Of a stretch of DNA of 64,000 bases, positions 19,303-27,900 are shown one piece after another. The stretch covers positions 896,001 through 960,000 of the forward strand of contig OY761556.1 of the NCBI GenBank assembly GCA_963664705.1, in the 5' to 3' direction. The stretch is from Acidobacteriota bacterium. GTDB lineage: Bacteria > Acidobacteriota > UBA6911. Within the stretch, counting starts at the first letter, position 1. Every line of letters begins with the position of its first letter. The notes under the pieces were generated by a model. That model searched no databases, was not told the DNA's origin, and saw only the letters and a program-made list of their open reading frames with translations. The position numbers were made by a program, and so were the translations under genes.

Positions 19303-19773
19303 ATGAATTATTCCGAAATGAACAGCCCGATCGGGCTGCTGACAATTGCCGCAGATGATGAAGGGCTGTGCTCGATAGAATTTGGCAAAGGAAAAGATGT
19401 TTCTCCATCGGCGTCATGGGGAAATACCGGATTGGTTCGTGAGGCAATCCAGCAGTTACAGTCCTATTTTCAAAGAAAGCTGATCCGGTTTGATATCCCG
19501 CTAAAACCAAAGGGGACCCTTTTTCAGCTGCAGGTCTGGCAGGAGCTTCAAAATATTCCATATGGAACCGTGATCTCTTATGCGGAGCTGGCGCGACGGG
19601 TTGGCAATTTGAAGGCGTCCCGTGCGGTCGGCGCCGCTAATGGCGCCAATCCGATTCCCATTATGATTCCGTGCCACCGTGTGATTGGAAGCAATGGCAA
19701 GATGACCGGTTATGCAGGGGGATTGTCCATCAAAGAAGAACTGCTTCAACTGGAAAGGGCGCGACTCTTTTAG
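19303..19773 (+). CDS. ogt: methylated-DNA--protein-cysteine methyltransferase
   Basis: SPIG, GTLFQLQVW, IPYG, RAVG and active-site PCHRV. Confidence 0.93.
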   Translation: MNYSEMNSPIGLLTIAADDEGLCSIEFGKGKDVSPSASWGNTGLVREAIQQLQSYFQRKLIRFDIPLKPKGTLFQLQVWQELQNIPYGTVISYAELARRVGNLKASRAVGAANGANPIPIMIPCHRVIGSNGKMTGYAGGLSIKEELLQLERARLF

Positions 19774-19778
19774 CCTGC

Positions 19779-19825
19779 CGGGAACGCCGTCGTCTCGCTT
19801 ATGGTTCGAGACGACGGCGTTCCCG
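19779..19825. repeat. REP-like inverted doublet, family A (may also terminate transcription)
   Basis: Perfect 19-bp inverted repeat CGGGAACGCCGTCGTCTCG / CGAGACGACGGCGTTCCCG between convergent ogt and cydB. Confidence 0.8.
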
Positions 19826-19848
19826 ATTTTTGCAGGATCGCCGCGAAT

Positions 19849-20874
19849 CTAGTAAGACTCGTCCTCGGCCAGAGCGTCGGCGCCGATCGGACCCGAAAAC
19901 TTAAAGTACACCCACGTTTGATAGATCAACACGATCGGAACCATTACCAATGCCACTCCAAGCATAATGGCCAAGGTCAGAGGGCTCGACTGCGTATTGA
20001 AAGCGGTTCGGGAAAATGCGGGATCGATGTTGGAGGGAAGCAGTGCCGGATAAAGCCCTGCAACTCCAAACAGCGTGCACCCGACAATGGTTGCGCAGGA
20101 TGAAAACCAGGATTTCCACCAGGCTCCCTTTCCCAGGAAAACTCGTGAAAGAAACAGCCCTGCTACCGACAGGAGCGGAAGAATCAGGAGTACCGGTTTG
20201 GCCAGAACATTTTGCCAGAGCGGCGTTGCGAACCAGGTATAAATGAGAAACAGTACCGCTACGACCAGAAGCACGGCCCACAGTCCTCGTGCCGCCTTGG
20301 AGGCACGAGCCTGCAGTTCACCTTCAGATTTCGTCAGCAGCCAAATCGTTCCATGAACGGCGAACAAAAGAACAAAGAGAACTCCGCCCAGCAACCCGTA
20401 AGGATTGAGCAATGTAAACAGATTGCCGTGAAAGATCCCCTCTTTGTCGATGGGTATACCGGAGAAGATATTGGCGAACGCTACGCCCAGCAGGAGCGCC
20501 GGCAGGAAGCTTCCTATAAATTGGCAGGCATCCCACGTTTTTCTCCACCAGGCTGCTTCTTCCTTTCCGCGAAATTCGTAGGAAATGCCGCGGAGAATCA
20601 ATGCAAACAACAGCAGCATCAGCGGTGTGTACAGCGCTGAGAACATGACCGCATAGGTTCCTGGAAATGCGGCAAAGGTAACGCCGCCAGCCGTGATCAG
20701 CCAAACTTCATTCCCATCCCAGAAGGGTCCCATGGCATTCAGCGTGATTCGTTTTTCTTGCTCACTCTTGGCGATAAACGGCCGGATAATGCCCAGGCCC
20801 AGATCAAATCCGTCCAGCATGAAATAAACCGCCCAGAGCACTCCCCAAAGAATAAACCATATGGTCGGCATCAT
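19849..20874 (-). CDS. cydB: cytochrome bd ubiquinol oxidase subunit II
   Basis: LDGFDLG, PFWDGNEVWL, FAAFP and RGISYEFR motifs. Confidence 0.95.
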   Translation of the reverse strand: MMPTIWFILWGVLWAVYFMLDGFDLGLGIIRPFIAKSEQEKRITLNAMGPFWDGNEVWLITAGGVTFAAFPGTYAVMFSALYTPLMLLLFALILRGISYEFRGKEEAAWWRKTWDACQFIGSFLPALLLGVAFANIFSGIPIDKEGIFHGNLFTLLNPYGLLGGVLFVLLFAVHGTIWLLTKSEGELQARASKAARGLWAVLLVVAVLFLIYTWFATPLWQNVLAKPVLLILPLLSVAGLFLSRVFLGKGAWWKSWFSSCATIVGCTLFGVAGLYPALLPSNIDPAFSRTAFNTQSSPLTLAIMLGVALVMVPIVLIYQTWVYFKFSGPIGADALAEDESY

Positions 20875-20877
20875 TGA

Positions 20878-22221
20878 TCACCTCCCCGCCTGCGCCAGGG
20901 CCGAAGCGGATTTTGCATTCGCCGGTTGTGGGCCTTTGCGCGCGAACTTGAATAGTAGGTAGAAGTCTGCAATTCCGAGCAGAGTGTAGACCAGGAAGAA
21001 GGCAGCGGTACTGATCGCTACTTGAGAAACGGCAATGGGTGAAACCGCGTCCCTGGTTTTCATCATGCCATAGATAATCCACGGCTGTCGCCCGACCTCC
21101 GTGAGCGTCCAGCCAAACTGGATAGCCAGGTAGGGCAGAGGAATGCCCCAGACCAGCAGTTTCAGAAGCCCCGGGGATTCCATTATCTTTTCCCGCTTGA
21201 ACCAGGCCCAAATGCAGACGGCAATGAAGAGGACGCCGAGCCCCACCATGATTCTAAAGGAGAGGAATGAGATAAGAACTGGAGGGCGTTCATCCGCGGG
21301 AAAAGCCTTTAAGCCTTTGACTTCGGCATTTCCATCATAGAACGCAAGAAACGAGAGGAGCCGGGGGATCGACCAGGTTTGAATGCTATTTCGTTCATTC
21401 GCCGAGTCGGGCCATTGAACGAGATTCATTGGAACCGCGCGTCCGGTTTCCCAGTGCGATTCCATTGCCGCAAACTTCGCCGGTTGATATTCACCCAGCA
21501 TCTCCGCATTCATGTGTCCCTGTACCGCTTCGAAAAGGGAAAAGATGAGAGTGAAGAGCAGCGCTACACGGAAAGACTTCTGGAAAAAGGCGACTTCATG
21601 TTTCCTTAACAGATGCCAGGCAGAAATGCCGATCACAAAGAAGCCGCCAAGGATGTACGCGCCCCCGACCGTATGCACGAAAGTGAGAACGGCATAGCGC
21701 TGAGTCATGATCTCAAACAAATTGGACAGTTCAGCGCGCCCATTCCGGATCACATAACCTACCGGGTGCTGCATCCAGGAGTTTGCGGTCAGAATCCAAT
21801 AGGCCGAAACATTGGACGCCGCGGCCACAATCCATATGCACGCGGCATGGGCTTTCGGCGAGAGCTTCTTCCAGCCAAAGAACCAGACGGCAATGAAGGT
21901 GGACTCGAGGAAAAATGCCAGAGTGGCCTCGATGGCCAGCAGGGAGCCGAAAATATCCCCCACATAAGCGGAATAGCGTGACCAGTTTGTTCCGAACTGA
22001 AATTCGAGAGTAATCCCCGTTACAATACCGATGGCGAAATTGATCAGAAAAAGCTTTCCCCAGAATTTTGCTGCTCGTTTGTAATCCTCATCGCGCCGGG
22101 TCACATAGAGAGTCTCCATGATCGCGACCAGGATGGAAAGCCCGAGAGTCAGCGGCACAAATAGAAAGTGAAAATATGTGGCCACTGCAAACTGCAGGCG
22201 TGAAAGACTAAGCACGTCCAC
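20878..22221 (-). CDS. cydA: cytochrome bd ubiquinol oxidase subunit I (short Q-loop)
   Basis: SRLQFA..HFLF, EFQFGTNW, NSWMQHP, QPAKFAAME, FRIMVG and EVGRQPW; GTG start. Confidence 0.95.
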   Translation of the reverse strand: MDVLSLSRLQFAVATYFHFLFVPLTLGLSILVAIMETLYVTRRDEDYKRAAKFWGKLFLINFAIGIVTGITLEFQFGTNWSRYSAYVGDIFGSLLAIEATLAFFLESTFIAVWFFGWKKLSPKAHAACIWIVAAASNVSAYWILTANSWMQHPVGYVIRNGRAELSNLFEIMTQRYAVLTFVHTVGGAYILGGFFVIGISAWHLLRKHEVAFFQKSFRVALLFTLIFSLFEAVQGHMNAEMLGEYQPAKFAAMESHWETGRAVPMNLVQWPDSANERNSIQTWSIPRLLSFLAFYDGNAEVKGLKAFPADERPPVLISFLSFRIMVGLGVLFIAVCIWAWFKREKIMESPGLLKLLVWGIPLPYLAIQFGWTLTEVGRQPWIIYGMMKTRDAVSPIAVSQVAISTAAFFLVYTLLGIADFYLLFKFARKGPQPANAKSASALAQAGR

Positions 22222-22699
22222 GGCCGTCTCCTTTCTTCTTTTTTTCAGATGGACCGGCTTGTTTGTTCAAGCTGTTTGGCCGGTGGGAAAGACCAGAAGC
22301 TTTGGCGAGATAGTCAAAACGAATGGCTCCGAGGGAAGCGGCGGTCTGGTCGGTTACCGCAGCCCACGAGGCCCGTACCGGGCAGCCGCTCGTGAGCGGA
22401 CATGCCTGCGGATTGTCCACGCAGGGGTTGAGGGCAAGTTCCCCCTCCATAGCCCGTATAACATCGAGAAGACTGATCTGCGAAGAGGGACGGGATAGCG
22501 TTATCCCGCCGCCGGCTCCGCGAATCGTACGCAGGATACCTGCACTGCCCAGGCGCCGGATAATCCGTCGCACAAATGCGCGCGGCAACAGGCGCTTCCG
22601 GGCGACCTCCTCGGCGGTAATCTGCGCGCCTTTTCCCAGCATCGAAAGATGGAGAATTATGCGCGCTGCATAATCGGTGTCACGTCTTATTGAAAGCAT
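22208..22699 (-). CDS. Rrf2 family transcriptional regulator (three Cys, putative Fe-S)
   Basis: TDYAARI, RGAGGG, ISLLDVIRAMEG and C-x6-C-x5-C; overlaps the cydA start. Confidence 0.9.
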   Translation of the reverse strand: MLSIRRDTDYAARIILHLSMLGKGAQITAEEVARKRLLPRAFVRRIIRRLGSAGILRTIRGAGGGITLSRPSSQISLLDVIRAMEGELALNPCVDNPQACPLTSGCPVRASWAAVTDQTAASLGAIRFDYLAKASGLSHRPNSLNKQAGPSEKKKKGDGRGRA

Positions 22700-22712
22700 G
22701 GTTTTTTTAAAG

Positions 22713-22755
22713 GATACGAAAATGGTATTGTTACCATAATGGTATTCTTTGTCAA
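22713..22755 (-). promoter_or_regulatory. promoter of rrf2-cydAB with tandem palindromic operator units
   Basis: Minus strand reads TTGACA-AAG-AATACCATTATGGTAAC-AATACCATTTTCGTATC. Confidence 0.65.
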
Positions 22756-22757
22756 CG

Positions 22758-22811
22758 AAAAAATGGACTGCCCCTTCAAGGCGCTGAACCGGTGGCGCCG
22801 AGGGGCAGTCC
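22758..22811 (-). terminator. intrinsic terminator of the PQQ-like gene
   Basis: GGACTGCCCCT/AGGGGCAGTCC stem followed by a T-tract on the minus strand. Confidence 0.7.
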
Positions 22812-22817
22812 TCGAAC

Positions 22818-24137
22818 TTACTGACCGATGCAGTACAGGTGTTTCAATGTTCGAACAAACATCCTGCCCTGGGAAATCGCAGGCGAAGCCATGACCGCCT
22901 CCCCGAGGGAATTCTTGGCCAGCAGCTCAAACTTTGGCCCTGCATTGATCACGTACACCTCTCCGTCTTCGCTCATGACGTAGAGCTTGCCGTCGATGCC
23001 GACCGGTGACGCGGAAAAATTGGCTCCGGTTTCTATTCTCGTTTTGCCGTACAGTTCTTTTCCCGTTTTGACGTCGTAGCAGGCAATGAAGCCCTGGTCG
23101 AGCACGACAAAGACAAAATCCCCGTAGGCTATCGGCGAGGGGATGTAAGGCGCAGCGGTGAGTTGCCGCCAGGCGATATCCTTTGAACTGGTCTCGCCTT
23201 GTTTGAGCGTAATGTCACCGTTGGCGCCCGGCCGGAATGCGGTCAAGGGACGGACTTCTTCCATAATAAAGCCGGACGATACGAGAATCAGCCCGTTGGA
23301 AAATGTCGGCGTGGGCGTGGTTATGGATGTTGCGGGCCCGCGGCATTCCCACAGGAGTTTTCCCGTAGCCGGATCATAGCTGCGAACGGCACGGGTGGCA
23401 TTGACGATCAGTTCCGGTCTTGCGCCTTTGTCATACAAAAACGGCGTACTCCAGGAGGAAGCTTCATCGCGATCGGTCTTCCAGATGGTGTTGCCGGTCT
23501 TTTTATCCAATGCAATGATGAAGGAGCCGCCGGGTTCCTGATCGCAGGTCTGGATCACGTAGTCCTTGAATAGCACGGGCGAGCTTCCCATGCCCCAGTT
23601 ATTTCTCATGGTGAATTTGCCGAGATCCTTGCTCCAGATCAGCTTGCCGTTGAAGTCATAGCAGTACATGCCCTGGTCGCCGAAAAATGCGATGACATAG
23701 GTGCCATCCGTGACAGGGGTTTGGGAGGCATAGCTGTTTTTGGTATGGCGTGCGTTGACCGGTTTTGTGCGAACCGCAGTCTGCTCCCAGAGAAGTTTGC
23801 CGGTGTTGCGATCATAGCAGAGTACCTTCCATGAAATTTCGGCTGCATCCGGTTTACGTTCACTGCGTGGAAATCCCTTCTCCCAGTAATCTTCTTTTGG
23901 ATCACTGCTGATGGCCGTGGTGACAAAGATGCGGTTTCCCCACACAATGGGAGACGAGTGGCCCAGGCCCGAAACTTCCACTTTCCATTTCACGTTTTTC
24001 GATATATCCCAGGTTGCCGGGAATCCTTTATCTCCGGATATTCCGAGTCCGCCTGCTCCACGCCAGCCCGGCCAGTTTTCTGCATGTGCCAGTGAAAACG
24101 ATGCAATCAGCAAGAAATAGGCAAGTATTCTGCGCAT
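22818..24137 (-). CDS. PQQ-like beta-propeller repeat protein (BamB-like), secreted
   Basis: Signal peptide; NWPGWRG, GHSSPIV and repeated D..TGK.LW blades. Confidence 0.88.
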   Translation of the reverse strand: MRRILAYFLLIASFSLAHAENWPGWRGAGGLGISGDKGFPATWDISKNVKWKVEVSGLGHSSPIVWGNRIFVTTAISSDPKEDYWEKGFPRSERKPDAAEISWKVLCYDRNTGKLLWEQTAVRTKPVNARHTKNSYASQTPVTDGTYVIAFFGDQGMYCYDFNGKLIWSKDLGKFTMRNNWGMGSSPVLFKDYVIQTCDQEPGGSFIIALDKKTGNTIWKTDRDEASSWSTPFLYDKGARPELIVNATRAVRSYDPATGKLLWECRGPATSITTPTPTFSNGLILVSSGFIMEEVRPLTAFRPGANGDITLKQGETSSKDIAWRQLTAAPYIPSPIAYGDFVFVVLDQGFIACYDVKTGKELYGKTRIETGANFSASPVGIDGKLYVMSEDGEVYVINAGPKFELLAKNSLGEAVMASPAISQGRMFVRTLKHLYCIGQ

Positions 24138-24196
24138 TCTTTATCTCTCCTTCGTTCCAAGCCTCTCATAAAAAAGTAGGACGGGAGACAGCCCTG

Positions 24197-24775
24197 TCAG
24201 CCCGCCGGCTGTATCTCAATAGACCAAGTCTGATCACCCCAGGATATGAACAGAGTTGCCCCGGCCGCCGCAGGCTCAAAGTGGTATATCAGGATTTCCG
24301 TTTTTTTGCCTTGGACCTGCTTCAGCGGAATGCGAGCCACCTCCTGGTCCTTGATGGACATGGAATAGTCCGCAAAATGCGGATAAGGGCGATTGGCTCT
24401 GTCGGATGCGGCCTTAGGAAAAGGTTCGTTGCGCGGCTGTCCGATATCACTATTGATGATCAGGGCATAGTCTCCTTTTTCGGGACAATACATGTAAAGA
24501 GAATAATTGCCGGCTGGTATCTTTTTTCCGCCTATCGACAGGTCTGCTTCCGTGCTCAGGATCGTCATGGGGCCGGCACCGGCACGCCAGATGCGGTCTG
24601 CCGGAAGCTGCCTCATAAGGCTGGCCAGCGGCCGGCCTTTCAGATTGGGTCGGCCATATTCAATCGAAACCGTCTTGCCGTTGACTGACGTTCTGGCCCT
24701 ATCCCAAATATCCTGTCCAAAAACTCCGATAGCAGATCCGAAAATCAGCATCCATGCAACGATGAATTTAGGCAT
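24197..24775 (-). CDS. DUF2911 domain protein
   Basis: Signal peptide; IEYGRP..KGR, WRAGA and IPAGNYSL motifs. Confidence 0.8.
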   Translation of the reverse strand: MPKFIVAWMLIFGSAIGVFGQDIWDRARTSVNGKTVSIEYGRPNLKGRPLASLMRQLPADRIWRAGAGPMTILSTEADLSIGGKKIPAGNYSLYMYCPEKGDYALIINSDIGQPRNEPFPKAASDRANRPYPHFADYSMSIKDQEVARIPLKQVQGKKTEILIYHFEPAAAGATLFISWGDQTWSIEIQPAG

Positions 24776-24990
24776 CGAAATCTCCTTGGCATATTCTTGA
24801 TTCCGCGGCAATTATACCTCTGTTTTATCCTGATCCCGGCCACATGTTAATATGGTGTAAATTCTGTCGCGTCAAACAGCTATGTGGAAGTATGCTGTAA
24901 AAAGAATGAACGAATTTGGCCATAATATTATCAATGATTGCGTGAGAGTTAGTCGAAGTTTTGGCCCATCCATGAATCAGGAAGATATGT

Positions 24991-27900
24991 ATGCGACCTC
25001 GAATCAGTAGTGTCCGCCTCAAAGTTTTTTTCCCCATCGTAGCCTTGGTTCTGTTGACGACCGAACTGGCCGGCATTTCCTTCCCCGCGCGGAGGGAGTC
25101 AAAGGGGACTGATGTTTCACGGTCGCTACAGCGGATGGTGATACCAGGGACTCAGGATCTACAGTTGATTGTGGAATTATCCGATCCGTCGGTTCTGGAC
25201 CGGTTGCAGGGGACGGAGACTTCCGGATCCACGCGAAGTGCTCTGTCCCTGAGTTTGCGTGGACGCCGCGTGGATTTCTCCACGGCTCAGGCGCGGACGC
25301 ATCGCCAGACAATCGAGCGTGGACAGGAGTCCATGAAGGCGCGGATTGCCGCTATCCCCAACGTCCAGGTGCAGGGAACCACCAGTACCATCATGAACAG
25401 CATAATTATACGCGTGCCCGCTGTTCAATATGACGCGGTTCGAAAGCTGCCCGGCGTAAAAAAGGTCTACTTTTCCTTGCCGCGGAAGCCATTGCTTGAC
25501 ACTGCCGCCACCTTGCAAAATGCGCAAACCATGTGGACGCTTGCCGGCGGCAAAAGCAGCACTGGACAGGGCGTCAAAATAGGGATCCTTGACAGCGGTA
25601 TCGATATCTCGAACCCAATGTTCAGCGGTACCGGGATGACAGCTCCGGCCGGATTTCCCAAGTATTCCCCTTCCTCAAGCGCAGCCTTTACAAATGCGAA
25701 AGTGATTGTTGCCAGAAGCTATTATCAACAGTATCTGGGTTCGTCCGGTGTGTTTACAGCTGAGGATGAACTGGGACACGGCACTTTTGTCGCTGCGTGC
25801 GCGGCGGGCGTACAGGTTGCCGCTCCTCGAGCCACCATTTCCGGCATGGCTCCGGGTGCCTACCTGGGTGTTTATAAGATTCTCTCGACCGGCTCCACTT
25901 CAACGGCAGCCGAGGTGGCCGCCCTGGATGATGCCGTGAGCGACGGCATGGATGTCGTCAATATGAGCATCGGCGCGCTGGACAACCTGCCTCCGGATGA
26001 AATAGCGGAATACGCCGCGATCACAAAAGCCATCCAGGCCGGCGTGGTCATGACTGTATCTGCCGGGAACGACGGGTCCTCGACCCATACGATCAGCAGT
26101 CCCGCAACGATTGCGGATGTCATCGCTGTCGGTTCGGTTTCAAATTCACGCGACTTCCTGGCCGTTGTCCGCACCAATTCTCCCAGCCTCAGCACGATTG
26201 CCTATGCCGCTTCGGCCGATGGCATCCAGGTCTCTACCGACCAGGCGCTGAAAAAAATAGTGGATGTAGCTTCCCTCGATGGAGACGGATTGGGCTGCTC
26301 CACCTTCCCCTCCGCCAGTCTTTCCAACTCCATCGCATTGATTGAGCGGGGCGTCTGCCTCTTTTCCGACAAAGTAGGGAATGCGGCCCAAGCCGGTGCC
26401 GTGGGAGTCGTCGTTTATAACAATGCCGCTAACGGAACCATTTCGATGAGCGGCCTGGGGACGGCCACAATTCCTGCGGTCATGATTTCCAATTCGGACG
26501 GCCTTGCGCTTAAGCAGTATGTGGATGCAAACGCCAGTACGGCAACGGCGGGAATTGGCAGCGCCACCAATCTGAGTGCGGTCGATGTTCCGGCGCGCAT
26601 CATTTCTTCCTTCAGCTCCGTCGGCCCAGGGCCGGATTTCAGCATTAAGCCTGACCTGGTAGCCGTTGGTGAATATGTTTACTCGGCAACCGAAAAGACG
26701 AGAACCTCCGGTGAAATGTACGACTCTTCGGGATTCACGACAGAAAACGGGACAAGCTTCTCCTCTCCGATGGTTGCCGGGGCCGCGGCGGGGGTGATAC
26801 AAAAATATCCCTCACTCGGAGTTCTGGCGATCAAATCTCTCCTGACAACCACCGCCAGCAGGAATTTGACTGCCGATGGAACCAACCCTCCCAGCGTGCT
26901 TCAAGCGGGAAGCGGGCTCCTCGATATGGGAGCTGCTATTCAGGGGACTGCGGTCTTTTATCCGACAAACCTGAATTTTGGAGTGCACTCCTATAGCGGA
27001 ACCCTGTCGCTGCCTCTCAAGTTGACGGTGCAGAACATTTCGTCCGGCTCTGATCAGTTTGCGTTTGGTTTTGAACCCCTTGTTTCGGGACCCGCAATCA
27101 GTTTCAGTTCCCCCGGTACCGGCTCCGTGGCATCGGGAGCCAGTGCGGACGTAACCGTAACCTTGCAGTCCACGGCGCCTGCGACCGGCGGTTTTCAGGG
27201 ATTTGTCACGATCAAAAGTGCATCTACATCTTTTGTGTATAGAATCCCGTATTGGGCGGGGCTGTATGTGCCGGATGCCACGCGCATTCTGGAAGTATCG
27301 CAGAGCGGATCCGGAGCCTACACAACCCTGGCCGATGCCGTGGCCGCTGCGCAGCCCGGCAATGTGATCCAGATCAGCGACAATTCCACCTATTCCATTG
27401 AAAGCCCGGGATTGTCCATTATCACAAACAGCCAGGGTCTTCCTTTGCACGGGCTGGTCATTCGAGCTGCCTCCGGAAAGACTCCGATCATTCAGGCGCC
27501 GAATCTTTCCACCGGCATCCAGATAGTCGGATTGAAAAATGTTCTTCTGCAGGGACTGCAGGTGTCCGGAGGGTATACCGGAATTGAGCTGGTGCAGCCC
27601 TCCACCAGCATCCCGATGTCGGCAACCATTGACCAGTGTACGGTCCTCAATGCATCGGGTAATTCAGCTGCGGCCAATATCTTCATCGATGGCGGCGGGA
27701 TCGTGGATATTACCAAGTCCACGATAAGCGGTTCTTCCGGGTATGGCATTGCCGCGGGTTTATATGCGGATAACACGCAGCTGACGATTACCGGCTCCAC
27801 CGTGCAAAACAACAGCTATGATGGGCTCGATGCCTATGTCTCCGATGTCTACATCGCCAATTCAACCCTTAGGGCCAATGGCGGGACCGGAGCCTTCCTC

